The notes under the pieces: model-generated | Databases searched by the model: none | The model's input: the letters and a program-made list of their open reading frames with translations, nothing else | Told to the model about the DNA's origin: nothing | Position numbers and translations under genes: made by a program | Source of the DNA: Oscillospiraceae bacterium | GTDB lineage: Bacteria > Bacillota > Clostridia > Oscillospirales > SIG627 | Assembly: GCA_015063605.1 (NCBI GenBank) | Contig: SVTV01000011.1 | Span: 1-64,000, forward strand | DNA length: 64,000 bases | Direction of reading: 5' to 3' | Shown here: positions 54,928 through 64,000 of the stretch, in pieces | How the letters are laid out: each line of letters begins with the position of its first letter | How positions within the stretch are numbered: the first letter of the stretch is position 1

Positions 54928-56748
54928 ATGAAAATGAGAATGTTATCCGCAAGAAAACGCTTTATTAAAGTGCTATCGGCAATCACAGCACTTTTGTTCA
55001 TCCTTTGCGGATGTGCATCAGCTCCCGTTGTCACAACATCGGAGGTGACTGCGGAGAATTTCTCGGCAACCGCCGAGACGGCAGAGGAGAACGACGGTAT
55101 CATACGTTTTATCAAGGATGGTGCTCCCGCCGTAAGGCTCGTCGCTTCGGGTACGGGCGGAGGCATCAACGATACCTCAAGAGAGCTTGTTGTAAGATTG
55201 GGTAAATATCTCAATGAGAAAACAGGCCTTGATTTCGATAAATACCGCGATACAAGAAAGCTTACGGAAGAAGAGGAGAAAATGGCGGAGATAGTTATCG
55301 GTATCACGAACCGCGAGGAGAGCATTGAGGCTTACGAAGCTATCGGATACGATGATTGCTCCATTACCGTTTCGGGAAACAAGATCCTTTTGTCAGCCTA
55401 TACGGACGATAATCTCTTAAAGGTATACAACGCTTTTATAACCCGCATATCGAAAGCGGAAAAAGAGCACGGAGAGTATTGCTTCAGTGAGGAGCAGACT
55501 GTTGTAAGCACTCCGAAGAATGCATCGGGAGAGCTTCCCAAATATACAAGCGGTAAGTATGCGGGCATTTACGATGCGGGTGGAAAAACGGAGCTTCTGC
55601 TTGTGAAAGCCACGGATAAGGATGAGTTTATGGAATATCTTGAGCTTCTTGAAAAAAGCGGCTTCGAAAAATATTCCGTGCGTGAGGTCAACGGAAATGT
55701 TTTTTCCATATACAACAGTGAAAAATATACGGTCAATGCGGGCTTTTACGATTATGAGGATTCCGCAAGGATACTTATAGAGCCTCTTGCACCGCTTACC
55801 GGTCTTGAAGAAGATGATAAGGATCATAAAAAGATCTGCGAGCCCATGATAACCATGCTTGGCCTTGATACCGAGGACGGCAGTAATGCCAACGGACTTT
55901 CCGTTCTGATACGTCTTGAAGACGGAAGATTCATAATTTTCGACGGCGGTCATAACAGCTCCACCAATTCTATAAATCTCCTTGAGGAAATGAAGAGGCA
56001 GTCGGCTGATTATGTTTCCTCCGAAGACAAGATAACGGTTGCCGCATGGGTGGTCACCCATGTTCACGGAGACCATTCGGGAATGATGACACATAATATG
56101 GGAAGATTTTCAGGCATCAATATAGAAAAGGTGCTTATGAATACCATATCCCGTGAGGCTCTCGATGCGGCTAAGGCATCAAATGAATATAAAGACAATT
56201 TTGATGCGGGCGAAGGAACGGGCGATACATCCCTTATGAATACCCTTGATAAAGCGGGTATAGAGTACCGCAGAGTACATACGGGGCAAGTGTTCTTTAT
56301 GGGCGGTGCGAAGATGGAGATACTGTATACTCTCGACAGCTTCACCCCGAAACTTCTCAATGCCTTCAATACTACATCTCTTGTAGTGGGGCTTGAAATT
56401 GCGGGACAGAAGATAATCATAACGGGAGACGCTACAGGCGATGCCATGCAGATATGCGCCAATATGTACGGCGACTATCTCAAGTGCGATATAGCATCGG
56501 TAGCACATCACGGCTATACCACCTGGGGCAACAATCAGGGAATGATAAATGCATATAATCTTATGCGCCCTGCGGTAGTTCTCTGGTGTCAGGGAAGCAA
56601 GGCGTATCCCTCCTATAAGGATAAGGTGTATAATAAGCCCCTTTTCGAATCGGAGGAATACCGCGAGGTATTCGTAGCGGGCTTCAGAGGTGAATTCCAC
56701 CGTCTTAGCCTGCCTTATACCCCGAATGAGCAGAAAGCGGCGGCGTAA
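54928..56748 (+). CDS. Lipoprotein with C-terminal MBL-fold metallo-hydrolase domain
   Basis: Lipobox LFILCGCASA; HxHxDH motif VVTHVHGDHSG; additional His further C-terminal (VAHHGY). Confidence 0.6.
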   Translation: MKMRMLSARKRFIKVLSAITALLFILCGCASAPVVTTSEVTAENFSATAETAEENDGIIRFIKDGAPAVRLVASGTGGGINDTSRELVVRLGKYLNEKTGLDFDKYRDTRKLTEEEEKMAEIVIGITNREESIEAYEAIGYDDCSITVSGNKILLSAYTDDNLLKVYNAFITRISKAEKEHGEYCFSEEQTVVSTPKNASGELPKYTSGKYAGIYDAGGKTELLLVKATDKDEFMEYLELLEKSGFEKYSVREVNGNVFSIYNSEKYTVNAGFYDYEDSARILIEPLAPLTGLEEDDKDHKKICEPMITMLGLDTEDGSNANGLSVLIRLEDGRFIIFDGGHNSSTNSINLLEEMKRQSADYVSSEDKITVAAWVVTHVHGDHSGMMTHNMGRFSGINIEKVLMNTISREALDAAKASNEYKDNFDAGEGTGDTSLMNTLDKAGIEYRRVHTGQVFFMGGAKMEILYTLDSFTPKLLNAFNTTSLVVGLEIAGQKIIITGDATGDAMQICANMYGDYLKCDIASVAHHGYTTWGNNQGMINAYNLMRPAVVLWCQGSKAYPSYKDKVYNKPLFESEEYREVFVAGFRGEFHRLSLPYTPNEQKAAA

Positions 56749-56894
56749 TATAAATTTCGATGAAATCATCTGCAAGGCGGTAAGACTGCGTATCCTCGAT
56801 CTGCCCCGCGGCATAACTCCCGGCGTTATCGACTTTACCGTATTCGGCAGAAGATATACAGAGGGAAAATAAAAGCAGGAAAGGAACAAATGAT

Positions 56895-57560
56895 ATGAAG
56901 ATAGTATTTTTCGGAGACAGTGTAACGGAGGGCTGCTTTGAATTGAGCTTCAGTGATACACAAGGCGGTATAGATATAATCAGGGATAAAAGATCGGTAT
57001 ATCATAATCTCCTGAAGGAAAGGATAGAAAAAGAGCATCCCGAATTGAATGTTGAGTTTATAAATGCGGGCATCAGCGGAAATTCCTCCGCAGACGGTGT
57101 TGCCCGTCTGGAGAAGGATGTAATATCCCATGGACCCGATATAGTCGTCGTATGCTTCGGATTGAACGATATTGCGGGAAGGTCTCTGCATGAATACGTA
57201 TCGAATATGGAGCAGATATTCCGCACTCTCAGAGACAAGGGAATACAGGTGATCCTTCTGACGCCAAACATGTTCAATACCTATGTGCACGGAGACGTGC
57301 TTCCGGGCTTTGAGGAATTGGCTTCCCGCCTTGCAAGAATTCAGAATGAGAACCGCCCCGATACCTACTATGAGGAAGCAAAGAAGAAAGCGTTGGAATT
57401 CGGCTGCATCATAGCGGATTGCTACAGCGCATGGAAGAAGCTTTATGAATACGGGATCGATGTTACGGAGCTTCTCAGCAACAGGCTTAATCATCCCACA
57501 AGAGCCATGCATAAGCTTTTTGCGGATATGCTCTATGACAAGATCGTTGACCTGTTATGA
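56895..57560 (+). CDS. SGNH/GDSL-family hydrolase (lipase/esterase/acylhydrolase)
   Basis: Block I FFGDSVTEG, block III GLNDIAG, block V near C-terminus; no signal peptide. Confidence 0.7.
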   Translation: MKIVFFGDSVTEGCFELSFSDTQGGIDIIRDKRSVYHNLLKERIEKEHPELNVEFINAGISGNSSADGVARLEKDVISHGPDIVVVCFGLNDIAGRSLHEYVSNMEQIFRTLRDKGIQVILLTPNMFNTYVHGDVLPGFEELASRLARIQNENRPDTYYEEAKKKALEFGCIIADCYSAWKKLYEYGIDVTELLSNRLNHPTRAMHKLFADMLYDKIVDLL

Positions 57561-57633
57561 ATACTTGTTCGGCGAAGCCGTGGTAAGGGAATTGACCGAT
57601 ATGCGCTGAGAAAACGCATACATATAAAGATAA

Positions 57634-57682
57634 TAAGGGCTTGCTTAAAATGCTTTTTACGGCATTCAAGGCAAGCCCTTGT
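57634..57682. terminator. Bidirectional intrinsic terminator between convergent SGNH and PBP-like genes
   Basis: GGGCTTGCTTAAAATGC-N8-GCATTCAAGGCAAGCCC followed by TTGTCGTTTATTTTTTC. Confidence 0.65.
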
Positions 57683-57685
57683 CGT

Positions 57686-59344
57686 TTATTTTTTCTTTTT
57701 TGATGTGCTTGATGAAGTCTTTCGTGACGAAGCTCCCGAGGATGGGCCCGCGTGCCTCTTAACTGAGGATGCAGACTTAACGGAAGAGGAGCTTGAGGAT
57801 GAAGAGGGACGTTTTTTCGGCTGTCTTCTTTTCTGAGCCTCAATTACACGCTGTGCCCGTTCATTTTGAGTCTCTCTGTAGGCGGTGCGTACTCTGCGTG
57901 CTGTTGCCTGAAATTTTTGGCTTCTTTCATGGCGCTTTGCTTTTCTCTCACGCTTTTCCTCTGCAGTCCTTTCGTCAAGGGAGCGGTAGTAATCCTTTAT
58001 CTCATCCTTCATGGAACGAACCTCGATGATAGTTCGTACCACCGATCTTATGACGATGAATAAAATGAAAACGGCGATCAGAGTAAGCAGTATTCCCACG
58101 GTAACGTAGATTACCGTCTGTACTTCCTTTTTATGAAGGAATTCATTGAGATCCTTCAATACATGAAGAAAAATGCTCTTTGATATATCGCTGTCGGCAA
58201 TAACATCAACGGAGGCGGTCAGAACGTCGTTGTAATAAATATCGAGAGTGCCGCATACCTGTCCCTTTCTTACGGGAGCGGTAAGATAGTCGGAGGTGAG
58301 CCTGAGATCCGTGGTTATTGCCGATGAATCGAAATCTGCGGAAACAAGTATCTCCGCAGAATCGGATGTCACTATGACAACGTGGTCGGAGTCGGCGCCC
58401 AATTCCACGGGAAGCTCGCACATTACGCTGTTATCATATATGACGGTCTCCTCATGAAAGTTGCTTTTGCCGTAGTTCAGAAGCTTTTTTACATCACGGA
58501 AATGCTCGTATGTGTTGCCCGTTACCGTTGCACCGGAAAGGATGACGATATTGGTAAGACCCATATATTCCATTGCGGAGGCAGCGCAGTAGCCCGATTG
58601 GGCGGTAAATCCCGCCGCCATGCCCTGGGCTCCGTCAACGTAATATCCCAATGCGGGGTTGGGATTTATTACGTAATTTCTGTTTGTAAGGGTGCGCTTC
58701 GCTTTTTTGTTTGTTGCGGGAATGGAATGGCTTATCTTCGATGACATACGCATGAAATCATCGTGCTTGTAAAGCTCACGGCAAATCTTAAGAAGATCCT
58801 CCATGGTGGTGTACATGAGAGAGGAATGGATGCCCGTTGTGTTATCAAAGTATGTGTTGGTGCATCCCAGCTCCGCCGCACGTGATGTCATTCTCTCGAT
58901 GAAAATGTCGATACTTCCGCACACCGTCTCCGCAAGGGCGTTTGCCGCATCGTTGGCACCGTGTATGACCATGGCATAAAGAAGAGATTCGTATGATATG
59001 ACTTCCCCCTCCGTGAGACCGATATTCGTTCCTCCCGAACGGGAAAGAACCATGTCGGAGATGACAACATCGGGAACGAGATGCTCTTTTTCATCCCAAT
59101 ATTCAAATGCAAGGAGAGCCGTCATAAGCTTTGTCAATGCGGCGGGATATATTTTTTCCGTGGAGTTTCTTTCGAAAAGAACCCTGTCGTGCTCCAAGTT
59201 GTAAAGTATTACAGATGTGGCATTGACCTGCGGCTCGGTATTTTCCGCCGATACCAAAGGAGAAAAACATATGCCGAAAATCAAGACGAGCGCCGTTAAG
59301 GAAACTGTAAAACGGTGCAGGCTGTCAAAGCGAGGAGTTTTCAA
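57686..59344 (-). CDS. D-Ala-D-Ala carboxypeptidase (S11/DacB-type PBP) homolog with substituted catalytic motifs, C-terminal TM and basic Ser/Lys-rich tail
   Basis: Signal peptide; PBP fold motifs present but read PAALTK (expected SxxK), GANDAA (expected S[GA]NDA), AAGFT (expected KTGFT); TM VIYVTVGILLTLIAVFILFIVI then RK-rich tail ending SSSSSSSSVKSASS...KKKK. Confidence 0.6.
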   Translation of the reverse strand: MKTPRFDSLHRFTVSLTALVLIFGICFSPLVSAENTEPQVNATSVILYNLEHDRVLFERNSTEKIYPAALTKLMTALLAFEYWDEKEHLVPDVVISDMVLSRSGGTNIGLTEGEVISYESLLYAMVIHGANDAANALAETVCGSIDIFIERMTSRAAELGCTNTYFDNTTGIHSSLMYTTMEDLLKICRELYKHDDFMRMSSKISHSIPATNKKAKRTLTNRNYVINPNPALGYYVDGAQGMAAGFTAQSGYCAASAMEYMGLTNIVILSGATVTGNTYEHFRDVKKLLNYGKSNFHEETVIYDNSVMCELPVELGADSDHVVIVTSDSAEILVSADFDSSAITTDLRLTSDYLTAPVRKGQVCGTLDIYYNDVLTASVDVIADSDISKSIFLHVLKDLNEFLHKKEVQTVIYVTVGILLTLIAVFILFIVIRSVVRTIIEVRSMKDEIKDYYRSLDERTAEEKRERKAKRHERSQKFQATARRVRTAYRETQNERAQRVIEAQKRRQPKKRPSSSSSSSSVKSASSVKRHAGPSSGASSRKTSSSTSKKKK

Positions 59345-60254
59345 AATAAGCTCTCGCCTCCTTTATATCCGATTCGATCTTGTCACGAAGCTCATCCACA
59401 GAGGAAAACTTCTGCTCGTCTCTGAGGCGCTTCACAAAAAGCACTCGTATCTCTTTTCCAACCAATTCACCGCTGAAATCGAGGATATGCGTTTCACAGT
59501 TGACGAGATCCTCCGATGAGACCGTGGGACGTGTTCCCACATTGGAAACACCGTTGTATACCTTTCCGTCAAAGGCTACCTTCACGGCATACACGCCCTT
59601 CTTTGGGATTATATGCTCGGGAGGGAAGTTCTGATTTATGGTGGGTGCACCTATGCACCGTCCCAATCTGTTTCCCGTTACAACGGGGAAGGTGATGAAA
59701 AAGTGTCTTCCCAAGAATGCTCTTGTCTGCTCCATGTCTCCCGATTCGATAAGATATCTTATGAATGTACTGCTTACGACCACTTCTCCGCAGATTATGG
59801 GAGGAATGACGGAGGTTGATATACCCTTTTCTTCAAGAAGCCTTGTGAGTATATCGGCATTTCCCAATCCTCCTGCGGCAAAGGTGAAATTGAATCCGCA
59901 TACAACGTGCTTTGCATTGAATTTCTTGATTAGTATCTCTTCAACGAAGCTTTCGGGGGAAAGATGACGTACCTTGTTGAAATCGGCATAGTATGCGCAG
60001 TCGATACCCATGGATTCAAGTATCTCGGTTTTTTCTTCAAGCGTTGTGATACTCTTTACCTTGACGGTGTCGTTCAATATATTTTCGGGATGTGTTTCGA
60101 AGCTCCATACGAGGCAGCGGCATCCCATTTGTTTTGAGTAAGCTTTTATAGAGTCAAATAATTTTGTATGACCGATGTGCGCTCCGTCAAAATTTCCGAT
60201 GGCTATTACCGTAGGATAATCGAGAGGGAGCATATTGTCTTTGATAAGGAGCAT
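59325..60254 (-). CDS. ribF: Bifunctional riboflavin kinase / FMN adenylyltransferase
   Basis: IAIGNFDGAHIGHTKLF nucleotidyltransferase motif; C-terminal riboflavin kinase domain (PTINQNFP...GVSNVGTRPT). Confidence 0.85.
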   Translation of the reverse strand: MLLIKDNMLPLDYPTVIAIGNFDGAHIGHTKLFDSIKAYSKQMGCRCLVWSFETHPENILNDTVKVKSITTLEEKTEILESMGIDCAYYADFNKVRHLSPESFVEEILIKKFNAKHVVCGFNFTFAAGGLGNADILTRLLEEKGISTSVIPPIICGEVVVSSTFIRYLIESGDMEQTRAFLGRHFFITFPVVTGNRLGRCIGAPTINQNFPPEHIIPKKGVYAVKVAFDGKVYNGVSNVGTRPTVSSEDLVNCETHILDFSGELVGKEIRVLFVKRLRDEQKFSSVDELRDKIESDIKEARAYFENSSL

Positions 60255-60315
60255 TTTTGTCTTCTTTCTTTATACTGTCAAGAGGGGTTTGAATGATTGA
60301 AATGATCTTAAGACG

Positions 60316-61293
60316 TTATTCGTCCTTGTCTTTCGCTTCGTCTTCGGCTTCGGAAGCTTCGCTTTCCTCTATTATGATATCGGAGGGAGCACTTTCATTA
60401 TCGGAATCATCGTTACCGCTTTCCGATATATCCGAGGGCATTTTCGGCTGTGAGAATATTTCCGCATAGCTTTCGGCGGAGGCTGTTTCCTGAGCCTTTG
60501 CTCTGAGGACGAAGAAGAGAATGACGGAGGCGATCACGGATATAACGCCCACAAGAGCGGATACACGTACATCGTTTCCGAAAAGCTCGATATAGAGGCT
60601 GTCCGTACGGAGCTGCTCGATAAGAGATCTGCCGAAGCCGTACCAGCCGAGATAGAAGCAGAATACCGTACCGTTGAATTTCTTTATCTTGGAAATTATA
60701 AAGTGGATAAGAAGGAATCCGAGGAGATTCCAAAGGGATTCGTAAAGAAACGTGGGGTGGACGTATATGGATTCTCCGCCTTCGGTGTATGCGATGCCCA
60801 TTCTCCAGGGAAGGTCGGTAAGACCGCCGTGGGCTTCCGCATTGGTGAAGTTGCCCCATCTGCCTATCATCTGACCGATCATAACACCGGGGGCGGCGCA
60901 ATCGAGGATGGTGAGAAGATCGAGCTTTTTGATCTTTACGAAGATGATGACCGTAATAAGTCCCGCTATGATACCGCCGTATATGGCAAGTCCGCCGTTC
61001 CATATGGCGATCATGTCCATAAAGGAATCAAAGGTATCCCATTCCATTATTACAAAATAAGCTCTTGCACCCACTATTCCTATGGGAATGGCAAAAAGCA
61101 TCATATCAAGGAAGGTGTCGGGGTTTATTCCGCTGTCCTTCGCTTTTTTTGTGGCGTAGGTAACACCGAGTATCATGCCCGTGCAGATTATAAGGGCGTA
61201 CCATACGATGTCTTTGCCGAATACCGTAAATGCTACTCTGTTAAGCTCAAAGGGCTCAATGCCGAGCCCGGGGAAAGATATCCAATGTGACAT
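60316..61293 (-). CDS. lgt: Prolipoprotein diacylglyceryl transferase with acidic C-terminal extension
   Basis: Lgt signature GQMIGRWGNFTNAEAHGG; polytopic; tail SDNESAPSDIIIEESEASEAEDEAKDKDE. Confidence 0.85.
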   Translation of the reverse strand: MSHWISFPGLGIEPFELNRVAFTVFGKDIVWYALIICTGMILGVTYATKKAKDSGINPDTFLDMMLFAIPIGIVGARAYFVIMEWDTFDSFMDMIAIWNGGLAIYGGIIAGLITVIIFVKIKKLDLLTILDCAAPGVMIGQMIGRWGNFTNAEAHGGLTDLPWRMGIAYTEGGESIYVHPTFLYESLWNLLGFLLIHFIISKIKKFNGTVFCFYLGWYGFGRSLIEQLRTDSLYIELFGNDVRVSALVGVISVIASVILFFVLRAKAQETASAESYAEIFSQPKMPSDISESGNDDSDNESAPSDIIIEESEASEAEDEAKDKDE

Positions 61294-61330
61294 TTTTCAG
61301 ATTTCCTTTAAGTTTATTTTTACCAAAAAT

Positions 61331-62242
61331 TCAGATGAGCACGGCTTTTGCAAAATATCCCTGCTCCTTCATGCATTTTTCTGCATTGCTTGCATCCGCT
61401 TCATTTTTGAAGATCCCGAATACCGCAGATCCCGAGCCTGTCATAACCGCATTGAGAGCGCCGAGAGACTTCAATTCCGATATTCCCCTTGATACCGAGG
61501 GGACGAGAGATTCCGTAACCTCGGACAGATCGTTTCGCAGGATATCCGCAATACGTAATACCGATCCCGATGAAAATATATCGGGGGAATTTTCTATGAT
61601 ATCAAGCTTTAAGCTTTTTGACGGATCATGCGATTTTTCGTACAGATCATCGAAAAGGGTGAAGATCTCCTTTGTGGATGCACTTCCGTTTCCTTTGGCT
61701 ATACACGCATTTACGAGAGGACGGTGGATCGGTATATCCGTCATTATATCTCCGATACCCTCACAGAGACAGCAATCGGAGGTGTGATTCACGAAAACGG
61801 GAACATCCGCACCCAAAGAGGCGGATTCCTTTATAAGTATATCCGTATTTTTGCCGTTATTGAAAAGCATATCGAGGGCAAGAAGTACGGCGGCGCAGTC
61901 GGAGCTTCCTCCGCCCATTCCCGCACCGTGGGGGATCCCCTTATGAAGCTCAATGCTTATGCCGTCAAAGCTTCCGGGAAAAAGGGAAAGATATTTCATT
62001 GCCGCCTTGTAGGCGAGATTCTTTTCATTGCAGGGAATGGAAGGAACATTGCAGGAGAGAAAAATGCCTTTTTCTTCCGTTTTATATACGTTTACCCTGT
62101 CGTATACGGGGACTTTTCTCATTATTGTTCTGAGAAGATGATATCCGTCGTTTCTTTTTCCCGTAACGTAAAGATCAATATTGATCTTTGCGGGTGTGTA
62201 TACGGACACTCCGTTATCTGTGATTTCTATTGTTGTTAGCAT
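61331..62242 (-). CDS. ispE: 4-diphosphocytidyl-2-C-methyl-D-erythritol kinase
   Basis: PAKINIDLYVTGKRNDGYHLL N-terminus and GHMP kinase motif PHGAGMGGGSSDCAA. Confidence 0.8.
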   Translation of the reverse strand: MLTTIEITDNGVSVYTPAKINIDLYVTGKRNDGYHLLRTIMRKVPVYDRVNVYKTEEKGIFLSCNVPSIPCNEKNLAYKAAMKYLSLFPGSFDGISIELHKGIPHGAGMGGGSSDCAAVLLALDMLFNNGKNTDILIKESASLGADVPVFVNHTSDCCLCEGIGDIMTDIPIHRPLVNACIAKGNGSASTKEIFTLFDDLYEKSHDPSKSLKLDIIENSPDIFSSGSVLRIADILRNDLSEVTESLVPSVSRGISELKSLGALNAVMTGSGSAVFGIFKNEADASNAEKCMKEQGYFAKAVLI

Positions 62243-62246
62243 ATTA

Positions 62247-62891
62247 TTACATGATGCGGAAATAGCTGAGCTTCTTTTCTATGTATCCGAAGAGAAGAGT
62301 GAGAAGTCCGCAGAATACAAGGTAGAATACGCCCGAATAGAAAAGGGGCCATATAAGACCTACGGAAACGAAGTTCTGTGCTTCTCTGATAAGCTCCGTT
62401 ACCGCTATAGTACGTGCAAGGGAGGTATCCTTGACGAGTGTGATTATTTCATTGCTCATTGGAGCAAGGATGCGCTTGATGATCTGAAGAAGGACGACGT
62501 TAAAGAAAATCTGAGTCTTGGTCATTCCAAGGACCTGACCCGCTTCATACTGTCCCTTTGATATGCTTTCTATACCGCCGCGGAAGATCTCCGAAAAATA
62601 AGCGGAATAATTTATTACAAAGGCAATAAGAACTGCCGTTATTCTCGATTGCATGGGATGGTTGAATACAAGACCGGGAACGTAGAATACAACTATGAGC
62701 TGAAGCATGAGAGGTGTTCCGCGGATGACCCATACGAAAGCTCTCGTGAGAAGCTTTATGGGCTTGAATTTTGTCATTGAGCCGAAGGATACGATAAGTC
62801 CCAAGGGGAGAGACATTACAAGGGTTAGAAGGAAGAGGAGACATGTTACTCCGAATCCCGAAAAAAGTTTTAATGTTACTTCTGCGAACAT
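62247..62891 (-). CDS. Polar amino acid ABC transporter permease (HisM/GlnP type)
   Basis: 214 aa, 5 TM, EAA-like loop region (EAGQVLGMTKTQIFFNVVLLQ). Confidence 0.75.
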   Translation of the reverse strand: MFAEVTLKLFSGFGVTCLLFLLTLVMSLPLGLIVSFGSMTKFKPIKLLTRAFVWVIRGTPLMLQLIVVFYVPGLVFNHPMQSRITAVLIAFVINYSAYFSEIFRGGIESISKGQYEAGQVLGMTKTQIFFNVVLLQIIKRILAPMSNEIITLVKDTSLARTIAVTELIREAQNFVSVGLIWPLFYSGVFYLVFCGLLTLLFGYIEKKLSYFRIM

Positions 62892-63139
62892 GAAAAAAGC
62901 TCCGTTTTATATGTACTGTGGTTGATATTGTTGGATGCGTTCACACGGATAAGACGATGTGTCCCCCGCGCCGCTCAAAATGGAAGCATTCCGGGCATAC
63001 GCGGGGGGAACTCTGCGATTTCTTTCGGTAAAAGATCGGGAGAACCCTTATATCATTTTACCATATTTTTATGAAAAAGTAAATACCCGTTGTGAAGGTA
63101 TATCGACTTTATCAAGGTGAAAAGACAAAGTCGGTGCGA

Positions 63140-63949
63140 TTATTTCTTAACGCCGGGAGCGAGCTGATCTGTAAGACCGTACTTTTCAGCGATCTCAGCC
63201 ATCTTGCCATTTTCTACTATTGCCTTAATAGCTTCGTTTACCTTGGCAACCGTGTCGGGGCAGTTCTTTCTGAAGCCGATAGCGTATTCTTCGGGAGGAA
63301 GCTCGATAGACTCGATCATTACGAGGCTTTCGTAGTCTGTGCCCGCACCGATCATAGCGCGAACCATTATGTAGTCGAGAACGCCGAATTCGACAGTTCC
63401 GGAGAGGATCTCTGTGAGAACGTCTGTCTGCTTGTCGCAGGGGATATATTCGTTGCTCTTTATAGCATCTGTTGTGAGGATAGCGGTTTCGCCTGCGGAC
63501 TTCTTCTCGGCGGCACACTTAGCACCTGCGAGGGAAGCGAGGTCTGTATACTTGGAAGCGTTGTCCTTCTTAACAACTACTACCTGCTTGTTTGCAACGT
63601 AGGAGGTGGAGAAAGCGAACTGTTCTTTTCTTTCGGCATCAACTGTAAAGCCGTTCCATACAGCGTCGATGTTCTTTGCGTTGAGTTCTGTTTCCTTGGT
63701 TTCCCAGTTGATCTCAACGAATTCGGGTGTGAGGCCGAGCTGTGCACATACAGCTTCTGCGAATTCTGTGTCAAATCCGACGAGCTTGCCGTCAGCATCC
63801 TTATAGTTCATGGGCTCGTAAAGTGTGTAGCCGATGATCATCTTGCCTTTTTCTGTGAGGTAATCCCAATCTCCGGGGTCGGAGCTGCAGGAGCAGAGGA
63901 GGGAAACGCACATAATAAGAGCCATAGCCAATGTTAAAATCTTCTTCAT
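63140..63949 (-). CDS. Amino acid ABC transporter substrate-binding lipoprotein (SBP family 3)
   Basis: Lipobox LLCSCSS; 269 aa PBP type II fold pattern. Confidence 0.7.
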   Translation of the reverse strand: MKKILTLAMALIMCVSLLCSCSSDPGDWDYLTEKGKMIIGYTLYEPMNYKDADGKLVGFDTEFAEAVCAQLGLTPEFVEINWETKETELNAKNIDAVWNGFTVDAERKEQFAFSTSYVANKQVVVVKKDNASKYTDLASLAGAKCAAEKKSAGETAILTTDAIKSNEYIPCDKQTDVLTEILSGTVEFGVLDYIMVRAMIGAGTDYESLVMIESIELPPEEYAIGFRKNCPDTVAKVNEAIKAIVENGKMAEIAEKYGLTDQLAPGVKK

Positions 63950-64000
63950 GATGTGTTCCTTTCGGTTTTATGCCTTTGCGGCTTTTTAGCGTAAGTATTT

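Overview
This 64-kb window reads as chromosomal DNA of a Gram-positive anaerobe, probably a gut Clostridia/Oscillospiraceae-type Firmicute. The evidence is lipoprotein signal peptides, ECF sigma/DUF4367 pairs, TAXI-TRAP transporters, DUF4143 ATPases and a flotillin/NfeD operon. Almost the whole window is coding on both strands, and there are no rRNA or tRNA genes and no CRISPR array.

Layout, left to right:
- 0.4-14.8 kb: a glycan/cyclitol utilisation locus. It holds a GH95 alpha-L-fucosidase preceded by a 90-bp tandem repeat, a TAXI-type TRAP transporter, a beta-propeller hydrolase-like protein, a type-I dehydroquinase-like enzyme, four NAD(P) oxidoreductases and a GH2-like hydrolase.
- 15-19 kb: a DUF4143 AAA ATPase, a MerR-like protein, NfeD and flotillin.
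- 19.3-24.5 kb: a visibly AT-rich island. It encodes two membrane proteins (one possibly nuclease-like), two tandem MutS-core (domain III-V) ATPase paralogs without mismatch-recognition domains, and a two-TM zinc-ribbon protein. The island is bounded downstream by an array of palindromic 23-bp-period sites. This is my best candidate for an undescribed system.
- 24.5-27.8 kb: a promoter with a terminator-containing leader (possible riboswitch or attenuator), then a membrane protein, a beta-helix protein and a lipoprotein.
- 27.9-33.8 kb, minus strand: a second DUF4143 ATPase behind 33-bp-periodic repeats, a PhoR/PhoP-like two-component system, and a Na/Pi cotransporter with a Pho-box-like direct repeat.
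- 34-41 kb: a GH-A hydrolase, a 1058-aa DUF5107/TPR protein, and PucR- and GntR-type regulators.
- 41-49.4 kb: an ECF sigma/anti-sigma pair whose putative promoter motif is duplicated, two small secreted proteins, and a tandem array of four mosaic paralogous Cys-motif lipoproteins in a second AT-rich block.
- 49.4-64 kb: housekeeping genes. These are a LeuA-like synthase, an oxidoreductase, a double zinc-ribbon protein, an AEC permease translationally coupled to an arylamine N-acetyltransferase, an MBL-fold lipoprotein, an SGNH hydrolase, a DacB-like PBP homolog whose catalytic motifs all appear substituted, RibF, Lgt, IspE and an amino-acid ABC permease plus binding protein.

A 193-bp highly structured element is present in two near-identical copies, at 33.9 kb and 52.2 kb.
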